Position numbers and translations under genes: made by a program
From: Breznakia blatticola
GTDB taxonomy: Bacteria; Bacillota_I; Bacilli_A; Erysipelotrichales; Erysipelotrichaceae
Length of the DNA: 27,218 nucleotides
Assembly: GCF_004365815.1 (NCBI RefSeq)
Contig: NZ_SODD01000035.1
Span: 1 to 27,218, forward strand
Reading direction: 5' to 3'
In this document: positions 15,803-23,167 of the stretch, piece after piece
Position numbering within the stretch: the first letter of the stretch is position 1
Layout of the letters: every line of letters begins with the position of its first letter
Notes under the pieces: generated by a model
The model's input: the letters and a program-made list of their open reading frames with translations, nothing else
Databases searched by the model: none
Told to the model about the DNA's origin: nothing

Positions 15803-17545
15803 ATGGCTATTATAGGAATCGATTTAGGGACAACAAATAGTACAGCAGTTGTCTACAAAGAAGGAAAAGTGGAATTTATTCCAAATGCATTTGGAGACTA
15901 TTTAACACCAAGTGTTGTTAGTAAAGATGGTGATTCAATCATTGTAGGGAAAATTGCCAAAGAACGATTGGTGCATCACGCAGATAAAACAGCTGCATTA
16001 TTTAAACGTGAAATGGGAAATCAAACAATTATACGTTTAGGAAAGGATAAGTATACACCTGAAAAATTATCAGCTGTAGTCGTTCAACAACTCGTTGCTG
16101 ATGCAGAAGCTTATCTACAAGAGAAAGTCGAAGAGATTGTTATTAGTGTTCCAGCATATTTTAATGCAAAGCAAAGACTTGCGACGAAAAAAATAGGCGA
16201 TTTACTTGGGATTAAAGTAGAACGTCTGATCAACGAACCATCGGCTGCTGCAATTGCATGTAGAGATCAAGAGGAAGATGAAACATTTATCGTTTTTGAT
16301 TTTGGTGGTGGAACACTGGATGTATCAGTAGTTGATTGTTTTGCGAATGTTATCAATATTTGTGCGATTGCAGGAAATAATCAACTTGGTGGAAGTGATT
16401 TTGATATTGCGATCGCAAATACATTTATTCAACAATCAAAATTTCCAGCAAAAACAGTGAACGATTTTGTAGGTGCAAATAGAAATAGTTTATTGTATGA
16501 AGCAGAGCGTGTGAAACTTGCTTTGCAAGATCAAGACGAAGTATGGATGCGTTATCACTTTCATAAACGTACTTATGAATTACTTTTTACAAGAGATATG
16601 CTATATACCTGTGCAAAACCAATCTTTGAAAAACTAAAAACAGTAATTGGTACAGCGGTTAAAGATAGCGGATTTCATGCACCTGAATTTACTGGTGTGA
16701 TCTTGGTTGGTGGTTCAAGTTATATGCCTGTTGTACAAGACTATCTTCGTGAACTGCTAGCAATACCGATTATGACAAGTCCTGATATGAATTTATTAGT
16801 TGCGAAAGGTTTGGGAACATATATTGCAATTAAAGAGAGAAAAGAAGAAGTGGCTTCGTTAGTTGTAACAGATGTCTGTCCATTTTCTTTATCTACTGCA
16901 GTCGTAAGTGAAATTGACCCAAGTGTTCATTTAGCTGATGTACTTATTGAGAAAAACACAGTACTACCGACAAGTAAAAGTCTTCTACTTTCACCAGCAA
17001 ACCTGGGACAAAAACATGTAAATATTCAAGTTTACCAAGGAGAATCGGCATATGCTAAGTATAATGTGTTATTAGGAAGACGGCATGTAGACCTTCCTGT
17101 GAATTTTGATAGACCAGAGATGTTTACCTTAACGTATTCATATGACATTAATTCCATGTTGTTTGTTGAAGTGTTAGTACATTCAACGCAAGAGCGAAGT
17201 ATTTTCCAAGTAGGGGAAAGTGATTACTTGGAAGATATCACTTCAAAACAAACGCTTGAACAAATCAAAGACATTTCGCTTAAGATTACACGGAAACCTG
17301 AAATTGATTTGTTAGAAGCGCGTATTCTTCGTGTCTGCGAACAAACAAGCAAACAGAAAAGCAAACACTTGATTGAGTATTGGATGGAAACTGAGAAAGA
17401 ATTGAAAAGTAATGGCCAATCACTACGAAAACAACATCAAATTATCGAGCAAGCACACCGTGTATTAGATATGTATGAAAAAGATAATGATTTGGATCGC
17501 TTGGATATATTCTCTGACGATGATTCGAAAGGATTTTTATCATGA
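15803..17545 (+). CDS. Hsp70-family ATPase of the HscC (Hsc62) subtype
   Basis: Start at ATG 15803 (AGGGGGA SD). Motifs IGIDLGTTNS, DKTAALFKREMG (near-identical to E. coli HscC as recalled), ISVPAYF, RLINEPSAAA, DFGGGTLDVS, LVGGSSYMP. A beta-sandwich SBD and a short helical lid follow. Confidence 0.85.
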   Translation: MAIIGIDLGTTNSTAVVYKEGKVEFIPNAFGDYLTPSVVSKDGDSIIVGKIAKERLVHHADKTAALFKREMGNQTIIRLGKDKYTPEKLSAVVVQQLVADAEAYLQEKVEEIVISVPAYFNAKQRLATKKIGDLLGIKVERLINEPSAAAIACRDQEEDETFIVFDFGGGTLDVSVVDCFANVINICAIAGNNQLGGSDFDIAIANTFIQQSKFPAKTVNDFVGANRNSLLYEAERVKLALQDQDEVWMRYHFHKRTYELLFTRDMLYTCAKPIFEKLKTVIGTAVKDSGFHAPEFTGVILVGGSSYMPVVQDYLRELLAIPIMTSPDMNLLVAKGLGTYIAIKERKEEVASLVVTDVCPFSLSTAVVSEIDPSVHLADVLIEKNTVLPTSKSLLLSPANLGQKHVNIQVYQGESAYAKYNVLLGRRHVDLPVNFDRPEMFTLTYSYDINSMLFVEVLVHSTQERSIFQVGESDYLEDITSKQTLEQIKDISLKITRKPEIDLLEARILRVCEQTSKQKSKHLIEYWMETEKELKSNGQSLRKQHQIIEQAHRVLDMYEKDNDLDRLDIFSDDDSKGFLS

Positions 17546-18867
17546 GTTACTTTGATGATTGCTGGACAATACTTGAAATCGAAAAGACCAACGATAAGAA
17601 AGTTATCAAATATGCCTATGCAAAATTATTAAAGAAATATCATCCCGAAGAAGCACCTGAACAGTTTCAACGTATCCAACAGGCATATAAACAAGCTTTA
17701 AATTATGCAAATCAAACAGATGAACCAATAAGTTTGGAGCAACAAGATCACACGTTAATGACTGATACAAACCAAAGTGTTGATCATAAACCATCAACAC
17801 ATACGATGGAAAACCATGAAGAGAACTTAGAACAACCGATTCATACTATTGAATTTATGAATATCGAGAATGAACAGAATCAAGGTGTTGATAAAACAAA
17901 AGACAAGAAATCGATTTTATTTGATACAGATTTAAATGTTGTGAATACAGATGCTGAGGTTCATACTTCAATATTTAATAATACAAGTATTGATGAATCA
18001 CAAGTGGTCACAAAAACCTATTTACTTCAGAAATTCGAACGAGATTTAGAACGCTCATTATCAAAAGATACAATTACGCTTTTCTTTATTGATTCTGATG
18101 TCCAAGTGTATATTAAGGATCCTACATTTGTAGAACAAGTTGAAGCCATTCTTGTCCGCAAATGTAAAAAGATGGATGAAGATATACTAGCATCAACACA
18201 GTCGTATGCAAATGCATATAAAATGAATAAGCTGTTACGTGCTATTGAGAAAAGAAAAAAGGGTGCTAAATTCAGTAAAATCAAAAAAGGTGCAGTTATT
18301 TATGTGCTTGTTATACTTTCATTTACACTACGTCCACTGCTAACGCATATAAAAAATGATAAACCAAAGGTAAATCAACAAGTAATTGAGAAATATAACC
18401 AGCTACAGGATGAACGATATGAAGAGTTATTGAATGAAAAAGCAAATGATGCATATGTTTCAATACGCAATATGGAAGCTACACGTTTTGGTTTACACTA
18501 TGGTGAAAATGAAGATATTAATATGTTGTATGATGCAAATAATGAACTTATTTTACAAGAACCGGTACTTCGATATAAAAGCAATAATGACAATGCAATG
18601 TTATTGCTAACTGAAAATGGTTGGAGTATATACTTTGAAGGAATTGCATATCCAACAAATTGGGAAGATGCAAGTTTTGTGACATTACATATTGATGGTG
18701 TACAACAAGGAGTACTTCAAGCCATTATTGCAAAAGATGTAAATGGTTATGCAATATATGACACACAAGGAAGATTCATGTATCAAGATCAAAATAATTA
18801 TGCTGAAACTGATACTTTTGATGTGTATGTTGAACAAGGAGAAATTGTTCGCGTTGAGTTAAATTAG
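17542..18867 (+). CDS. Membrane-spanning J-domain protein (DjlB/DjlC-like architecture) with an HPE motif
   Basis: N-terminal J domain (CWTILEIEKTNDKKVIKYAYAKLLKKYHPEEAPEQFQRIQQAYKQAL), polar linker, one TM (AVIYVLVILSFTLRPLL, about nt 18292-18357) and a ~170 aa C-terminal domain. ATGA overlap with the Hsp70 stop. Confidence 0.75.
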   Translation: MSYFDDCWTILEIEKTNDKKVIKYAYAKLLKKYHPEEAPEQFQRIQQAYKQALNYANQTDEPISLEQQDHTLMTDTNQSVDHKPSTHTMENHEENLEQPIHTIEFMNIENEQNQGVDKTKDKKSILFDTDLNVVNTDAEVHTSIFNNTSIDESQVVTKTYLLQKFERDLERSLSKDTITLFFIDSDVQVYIKDPTFVEQVEAILVRKCKKMDEDILASTQSYANAYKMNKLLRAIEKRKKGAKFSKIKKGAVIYVLVILSFTLRPLLTHIKNDKPKVNQQVIEKYNQLQDERYEELLNEKANDAYVSIRNMEATRFGLHYGENEDINMLYDANNELILQEPVLRYKSNNDNAMLLLTENGWSIYFEGIAYPTNWEDASFVTLHIDGVQQGVLQAIIAKDVNGYAIYDTQGRFMYQDQNNYAETDTFDVYVEQGEIVRVELN

Positions 18868-18877
18868 AATTCAAAAA

Positions 18878-18905
18878 ACGGAGCACTTTATCGTGTTCTG
18901 TTTTC
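18878..18905 (+). terminator. Intrinsic terminator after the J-protein gene
   Basis: ACGGAGCAC-tttatc-GTGTTCTGT (9 bp including 2 G-U) followed by TTT. Confidence 0.6.
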
Positions 18906-18979
18906 ATATAAAAATAAAAATGTAATCCAATGCACAAATGGATGATCGTCAAACGTATACATAATGAAGAGGGCAGTGT

Positions 18980-19444
18980 ATGGATATTAAAGAGTATGAA
19001 AGAATTGTACATAAGTATCAAGATTTGGTACTTAGAGTAGCAATGGCAAACATTAATCATCTTGAGGATGCAAAAGACATCACACAGGATGTTTTTGTGA
19101 AGCTGTTTAAGCAAGATGAATTTATTGATGAAACGCATTTAAAAGCGTGGTTGATCCGCGTAACCGTAAATCAATGTCATAGTTTATTTCGACGACACTT
19201 TCGAAAGAATCGAATGGATGTTGATTTTGAATATGAACTTGCTAGCAAAGAACATATTACAGTAAAACACGAGTTGGAATTATTAAAGCCGAAGGAAAGG
19301 GTATATGTGTATTTACATTATATTGAAGGATACACGTATAAAGAGATAGGCCAAATGCTCAATAAAAATGAATACACTGTCGCTTCGAGTATAAGACGAT
19401 CACTTAAAAAGTTAAAGATGGTCTTAAGTGAGGAAACACTATGA
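18980..19444 (+). CDS. ECF-type RNA polymerase sigma-70 family factor
   Basis: 154 aa. Region 2 (DAKDITQDVFVKLFK...KAWLIRVTVNQCHSLFRR) and region 4 HTH (YTYKEIGQMLNKNEYTVASSIRRSLKKLK). Confidence 0.85.
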   Translation: MDIKEYERIVHKYQDLVLRVAMANINHLEDAKDITQDVFVKLFKQDEFIDETHLKAWLIRVTVNQCHSLFRRHFRKNRMDVDFEYELASKEHITVKHELELLKPKERVYVYLHYIEGYTYKEIGQMLNKNEYTVASSIRRSLKKLKMVLSEETL

Positions 19445-20598
19445 AAAAGAAGAACTATCAGAATTTTTATGATGCAATTAAAGTTGATAAAACACTTGAA
19501 GATACATTACTAGCTCTACCACAAAGAAAAAGCAAATCAAAAGTACTAACAAAAGTAGCATTTGCTTGTGTAGTTGTATGTATGATTATTGCTGGTGTGT
19601 TTGCAAGTAATATATTAAAATCAGATGAAGATGTTACAGCAAATCCTGTAAATAAAAAGCCAAGTATAGCCAAAAGAATAAAAAATGGTGAAATTGTAAG
19701 TTATATCAAAAGTGATGAGTTTTTAAAGAATACTGTCATTGGTGGTATGGGAGTATCTGAACCCATAGAATTAACAAATTATGCGTATGCAAATAAGGAT
19801 GGTGCAATTACTGAACTTCCAGTGTATGAAAATCAATATTTTGATAAACAGGCTTCTACTTTTGAAATGAAGTACATAATATGGAAGACTGAAAAAATCG
19901 TAGCACAAGTAGTAGGAAGAGAAGATATTCATTTCAAAGTAGATATTGATACAAATAATCAAATATCTATATGGTTTGAATCTGACGAATTAGAAACATT
20001 AGCACCTTCCAACAAAGAAGCCATTGAGATTGCAAAAGAAATTATTGAAAAAGTAACAGGCAAAAAGCAAGAATATGAACGCTCGAGTGAAGAAATATAT
20101 GTATCTAGTTTTTATGTATATAAGTTTCATAGTAAAGATACACAACATTATGAAGAAGAGTTAAATGAAAATGTACTAGATTATAGCACACGTGATATTA
20201 ACTTCCCTGAGAACACAATGAATATGCATATCACTATAGCAAATGAATCTTCAAGAAAAAACATTGGTGAACACAAGCTAATTTCTTATGATGAAGCATA
20301 TCAACATTTAATGAAGGGAAATTACTTCAGTTTTGTACTTGATGGACCGCAATTCAATAGTACTAAAGAATATAATTGGGATTATAAGATACGTGATGAA
20401 ACAATTACAGATTGTCGTCTTGTATATTTGAAAGGAAGTTCATCTGAGAAGTATCAAATTCCTTATTATGAGTTTATTATTGATCAAAATGCATATCCAA
20501 CCTCTGAGGATACGATTGAACCTTCGTGGTATGTGAAATGTTACATACCAGCAATTGATGCAGGATACTTCGTTGGCGATTGGACAAAGTATAACTAG
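19441..20598 (+). CDS. Putative single-pass membrane anti-sigma factor with a large extracytoplasmic domain
   Basis: ATGA overlap with the sigma gene. Cytoplasmic N-terminus of ~38 aa, TM VAFACVVVCMIIAGVFASNIL, ~325 aa external domain. No HxxxCxxC zinc motif. Confidence 0.5.
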   Translation: MKKKNYQNFYDAIKVDKTLEDTLLALPQRKSKSKVLTKVAFACVVVCMIIAGVFASNILKSDEDVTANPVNKKPSIAKRIKNGEIVSYIKSDEFLKNTVIGGMGVSEPIELTNYAYANKDGAITELPVYENQYFDKQASTFEMKYIIWKTEKIVAQVVGREDIHFKVDIDTNNQISIWFESDELETLAPSNKEAIEIAKEIIEKVTGKKQEYERSSEEIYVSSFYVYKFHSKDTQHYEEELNENVLDYSTRDINFPENTMNMHITIANESSRKNIGEHKLISYDEAYQHLMKGNYFSFVLDGPQFNSTKEYNWDYKIRDETITDCRLVYLKGSSSEKYQIPYYEFIIDQNAYPTSEDTIEPSWYVKCYIPAIDAGYFVGDWTKYN

Positions 20599-20660
20599 TA
20601 TTTAGTCGGTATTTAGGGTATAATACATAGGCAAAGAGTTGTAGAAATCTACGATTCTAA

Positions 20661-20689
20661 TTGACTTTTGGATATGAATCATGTAACAT
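20661..20689 (+). promoter_or_regulatory. Sigma-A-type promoter candidate for the rplU operon (TTGACT-N17-TAACAT)
   Basis: Hexamers at 20661-20666 and 20684-20689. Confidence 0.4.
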
Positions 20690-20695
20690 ATCAAT

Positions 20696-20790
20696 GTTGT
20701 TAGCTTCTTCGTGGCTTACAACCGCTCTTCATAAGGTACATAAGTATGCGTGCATCACCTTATTTGGCGAGTCTTAACGAAAGAAGGAGG
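20696..20790 (+). promoter_or_regulatory. Structured 5' leader of rplU (position and form consistent with the L21 ribosomal-protein leader)
   Basis: Hairpin GTTGTTAGC/GCTTACAAC (20696-20722) and hairpin ATAAGGT...ACCTTAT (20731-20763) lie just upstream of the AAGGAGG SD. The family assignment is positional and from memory only. Confidence 0.35.
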
Positions 20791-20796
20791 TATATT

Positions 20797-21108
20797 ATGT
20801 ACGCAATTATTGAAACAGGTGGAAAACAAATTAAAGTTGAAAAAGGACAATCTATTTTTGTTGAAAAATTAGATGTGACTGAAGGAGATAAAGTTACTTT
20901 TGATAAAGTAGTTTTAGTTTCTGATAAAACAACTAAGATCGGTACTCCATACGTAGAAGGTGCGAAAGTTCAAGCTACTGTTGAAAAACAAGGTAAAGCT
21001 AAGAAAATTATCGTTTACAAATACAAAGCGAAAAAAGGTTCTTCTCACCGTAAACAAGGTCACCGTCAACCATACACAAAATTAACTATCGATGCAATCG
21101 AAGGATAA
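20797..21108 (+). CDS. rplU: 50S ribosomal protein L21
   Basis: [18 protein letters not shown]...; AAGGAGG SD 7 nt upstream. The track's extension to 20746 was discarded. Confidence 0.95.
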   Translation: MYAIIETGGKQIKVEKGQSIFVEKLDVTEGDKVTFDKVVLVSDKTTKIGTPYVEGAKVQATVEKQGKAKKIIVYKYKAKKGSSHRKQGHRQPYTKLTIDAIEG

Positions 21109-21111
21109 TTT

Positions 21112-21426
21112 ATGGTAAAGGTAAAAATTGATACAAAAGCAGATCAAATTACACAAGTTGTAATTAAAGGTCATGCAGATAGTGCAGAACATGGACAAGA
21201 TCTAGTCTGTGCAGGTGTATCAAGCATTGCAGTAGGTATATTAAATACATTACATGTAATGGATGAAAATGCATGTTCATTAGAAATGAATGATGCATTC
21301 ATCAAAATTGTTGTTATAAACAATACAGAGACGGTGCAAACCGTTCTGAAAACACTATACATTCAACTTAAAACCATGGTTGAGAATTATAGTGCATATA
21401 TTCAGATAACGAAAGAAGAGGTGTAA
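21112..21426 (+). CDS. prp: Ribosomal-processing cysteine protease Prp
   Basis: 104 aa between rplU and rpmA. Motif [20 protein letters not shown] holds the His/Cys dyad. Confidence 0.88.
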   Translation: MVKVKIDTKADQITQVVIKGHADSAEHGQDLVCAGVSSIAVGILNTLHVMDENACSLEMNDAFIKIVVINNTETVQTVLKTLYIQLKTMVENYSAYIQITKEEV

Positions 21427-21428
21427 TC

Positions 21429-21716
21429 ATGATGAAATTCAGTTTAGATATTCAATTATTCGCATCTAAAAAGGGAGTTGGTTCGACAAAAAACGGTCGT
21501 GACTCTCAATCAAAAAGATTAGGTGCAAAACTGGCAGATGGACAACATGCAAACGCTGGAGCTATTATCTACCGTCAACGTGGGACAAAAATTCACCCAG
21601 GTAAAAACGTTGGACGTGGGGGAGATGACACATTATTTGCTACTATTAGCGGTGTTGTGAAATTCGAACGTTTAGGTAAAAAGAAAACTCAAGTTTCAGT
21701 TTATCCACAAGCATAG
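21429..21716 (+). CDS. rpmA: 50S ribosomal protein L27 with a Prp-cleavable N-terminal extension
   Basis: [11 protein letters not shown]|[23 protein letters not shown]... Confidence 0.95.
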   Translation: MMKFSLDIQLFASKKGVGSTKNGRDSQSKRLGAKLADGQHANAGAIIYRQRGTKIHPGKNVGRGGDDTLFATISGVVKFERLGKKKTQVSVYPQA

Positions 21717-21722
21717 TTAAAT

Positions 21723-21752
21723 ATCCTCGCGCTAGTCGCGGGGATTTATTTT
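21723..21752 (+). terminator. Terminator-like hairpin between rpmA and obg
   Basis: ATCCTCGCG-ctagt-CGCGGGGAT followed by TTATTTT. It ends 24 nt before the obg ATG. Confidence 0.55.
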
Positions 21753-21775
21753 GTAAAGTAAAGTGAGGTACATAT

Positions 21776-23059
21776 ATGCAATTTATAGATAGAGTTAAAA
21801 TTAAAGTCAAAGCTGGTGATGGTGGAAAGGGTATGTCTTCTTTCCGTCGTGAAAAATATGTACCATTTGGTGGTCCTTCAGGTGGTGATGGTGGAAAAGG
21901 TGGAGACATCGTTTTCATGGTCGATGAAGGAAAATCAACACTTTTAGATTTACGTTACAATCGTAAAGTTGTTGCTCCTAATGGTGTAAATGGAAAAACC
22001 AAAAAGATGCATGGAGCAGTCGGTGAAGATGCGGTGATTAAAGTTCCATTAGGAACGATTGTTAAAGATGCAGAAACTGGACGTATTCTAGCGGATCTAA
22101 CAAGAAAAAATCAACGTGCGATCATTTGTAAAGGTGGTAAAGGTGGACGTGGTAACTTCCGCTTTAAAACAAGTAAAAATACTGCACCTACATACGCTGA
22201 AAAAGGTGGATTAGGTGAAGTGAAAGATGTTGAAGTTGAATTAAAAGTATTAGCAGATGTTGGGTTGGTAGGATATCCTTCGGTTGGAAAATCAACACTA
22301 TTATCTGTAGTAAGTGCCGCAAAACCAGAGATTGCAGATTATCACTTTACAACGATTCAACCAAACTTAGGAATGGTTCAAGTTCCAGACGGACGTAGTT
22401 TTGTTATGGCGGACTTACCAGGACTTATTGATGGTGCAGCTCAAGGAAAAGGGTTAGGACATCAATTTTTACGTCATATTGAACGTTGTCGTGTAATTAT
22501 CCATGTTGTCGATATGGGTGCACAAGATGGTCGTGATCCAGTTCAAGATTATGCAAATATTAATAAAGAATTGGAAGAGTACCAATATCGTTTATTGGAA
22601 CGTCCACAAGTTGTAGTGGCAAACAAGATGGATTTGGATGATGCAGAAGCCAATCTAGCTCGTTTTAAGGAAGCATATCCTGATGTGGAAATTTATCCCA
22701 CGATGACCGCTTTAGATGAAGGGTTAGAACCAATTATCTATAAAGCTGCTGATTTACTTGAAGTTACACCTGTTTTCCCATTATATGATGAGGAAGAGAA
22801 AAGTGAAGGTGTACTTTATAAATATGAAGGTGATAAACCTCCATTTAAAGTACATAATCTTGGAAATGGTCGTTGGAAACTTACAGGTGAAGAAATTGAA
22901 ACAGCATTTGCGATGGCAACACTTGATACGGATGAAGGACAACAGCGATTTGCTAGAAAGATGCGTGTTCTAGGCGTTGATTCTGCTTTACGTGAAGCAG
23001 GAGCAGCTGATGGAGATACCATTGAATTAGCAGAATTTGAATTTGAATTCGTAGAATAA
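21776..23059 (+). CDS. obg: GTPase Obg/CgtA
   Basis: Glycine-rich Obg fold (KAGDGGKG..., GGDGGKGGDIVF), G1 GYPSVGKST, G3 DLPGLI, G4 NKMD, C-terminal OCT/TGS-like tail. Confidence 0.95.
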   Translation: MQFIDRVKIKVKAGDGGKGMSSFRREKYVPFGGPSGGDGGKGGDIVFMVDEGKSTLLDLRYNRKVVAPNGVNGKTKKMHGAVGEDAVIKVPLGTIVKDAETGRILADLTRKNQRAIICKGGKGGRGNFRFKTSKNTAPTYAEKGGLGEVKDVEVELKVLADVGLVGYPSVGKSTLLSVVSAAKPEIADYHFTTIQPNLGMVQVPDGRSFVMADLPGLIDGAAQGKGLGHQFLRHIERCRVIIHVVDMGAQDGRDPVQDYANINKELEEYQYRLLERPQVVVANKMDLDDAEANLARFKEAYPDVEIYPTMTALDEGLEPIIYKAADLLEVTPVFPLYDEEEKSEGVLYKYEGDKPPFKVHNLGNGRWKLTGEEIETAFAMATLDTDEGQQRFARKMRVLGVDSALREAGAADGDTIELAEFEFEFVE

Positions 23060-23064
23060 TAAAC

Positions 23065-23099
23065 AAAGCATCTACCCATATTTGGGAAAGATGCTTTTT
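23065..23099 (+). terminator. Intrinsic terminator of obg
   Basis: AAAGCATCT-...-AGATGCTTT followed by TT(T). Confidence 0.75.
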
Positions 23100-23112
23100 A
23101 TATGAAAAATAG

Positions 23113-23141
23113 TTAGAATTTACGCTAATTTTTGATAGAAT
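23113..23141 (+). promoter_or_regulatory. Promoter candidate for the MATE gene (TTAGAA-N17-TAGAAT)
   Basis: Hexamers at 23113-23118 and 23136-23141. Confidence 0.35.
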
Positions 23142-23167
23142 GTGTAGTGAATGATTTGGGGGGACAT

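Noticed and set aside
18921-18950. ECF-like promoter TGTAAT ... CGTC upstream of the sigma gene
   Set aside because: The spacer between the AAT of the -35-like element and CGTC is 20 nt, against the 16-17 nt typical of ECF promoters. The alternative CCAAT-N15-CGTC is too short. Neither is convincing without TSS data.
18776-19138. Minus-strand 120-aa ORF overlapping the J-protein 3' end, the terminator and the sigma gene start
   Set aside because: The same reasoning applies: it spans a terminator and is antisense to two supported CDSs with clear motifs.
21646-21918. Minus-strand 90-aa ORF with Pro/Ser-rich translation (PPFPPSPPEGPP)
   Set aside because: It is the antisense reading of the glycine-rich (GGN-codon) N-terminal domain of obg, a well-known artefact.
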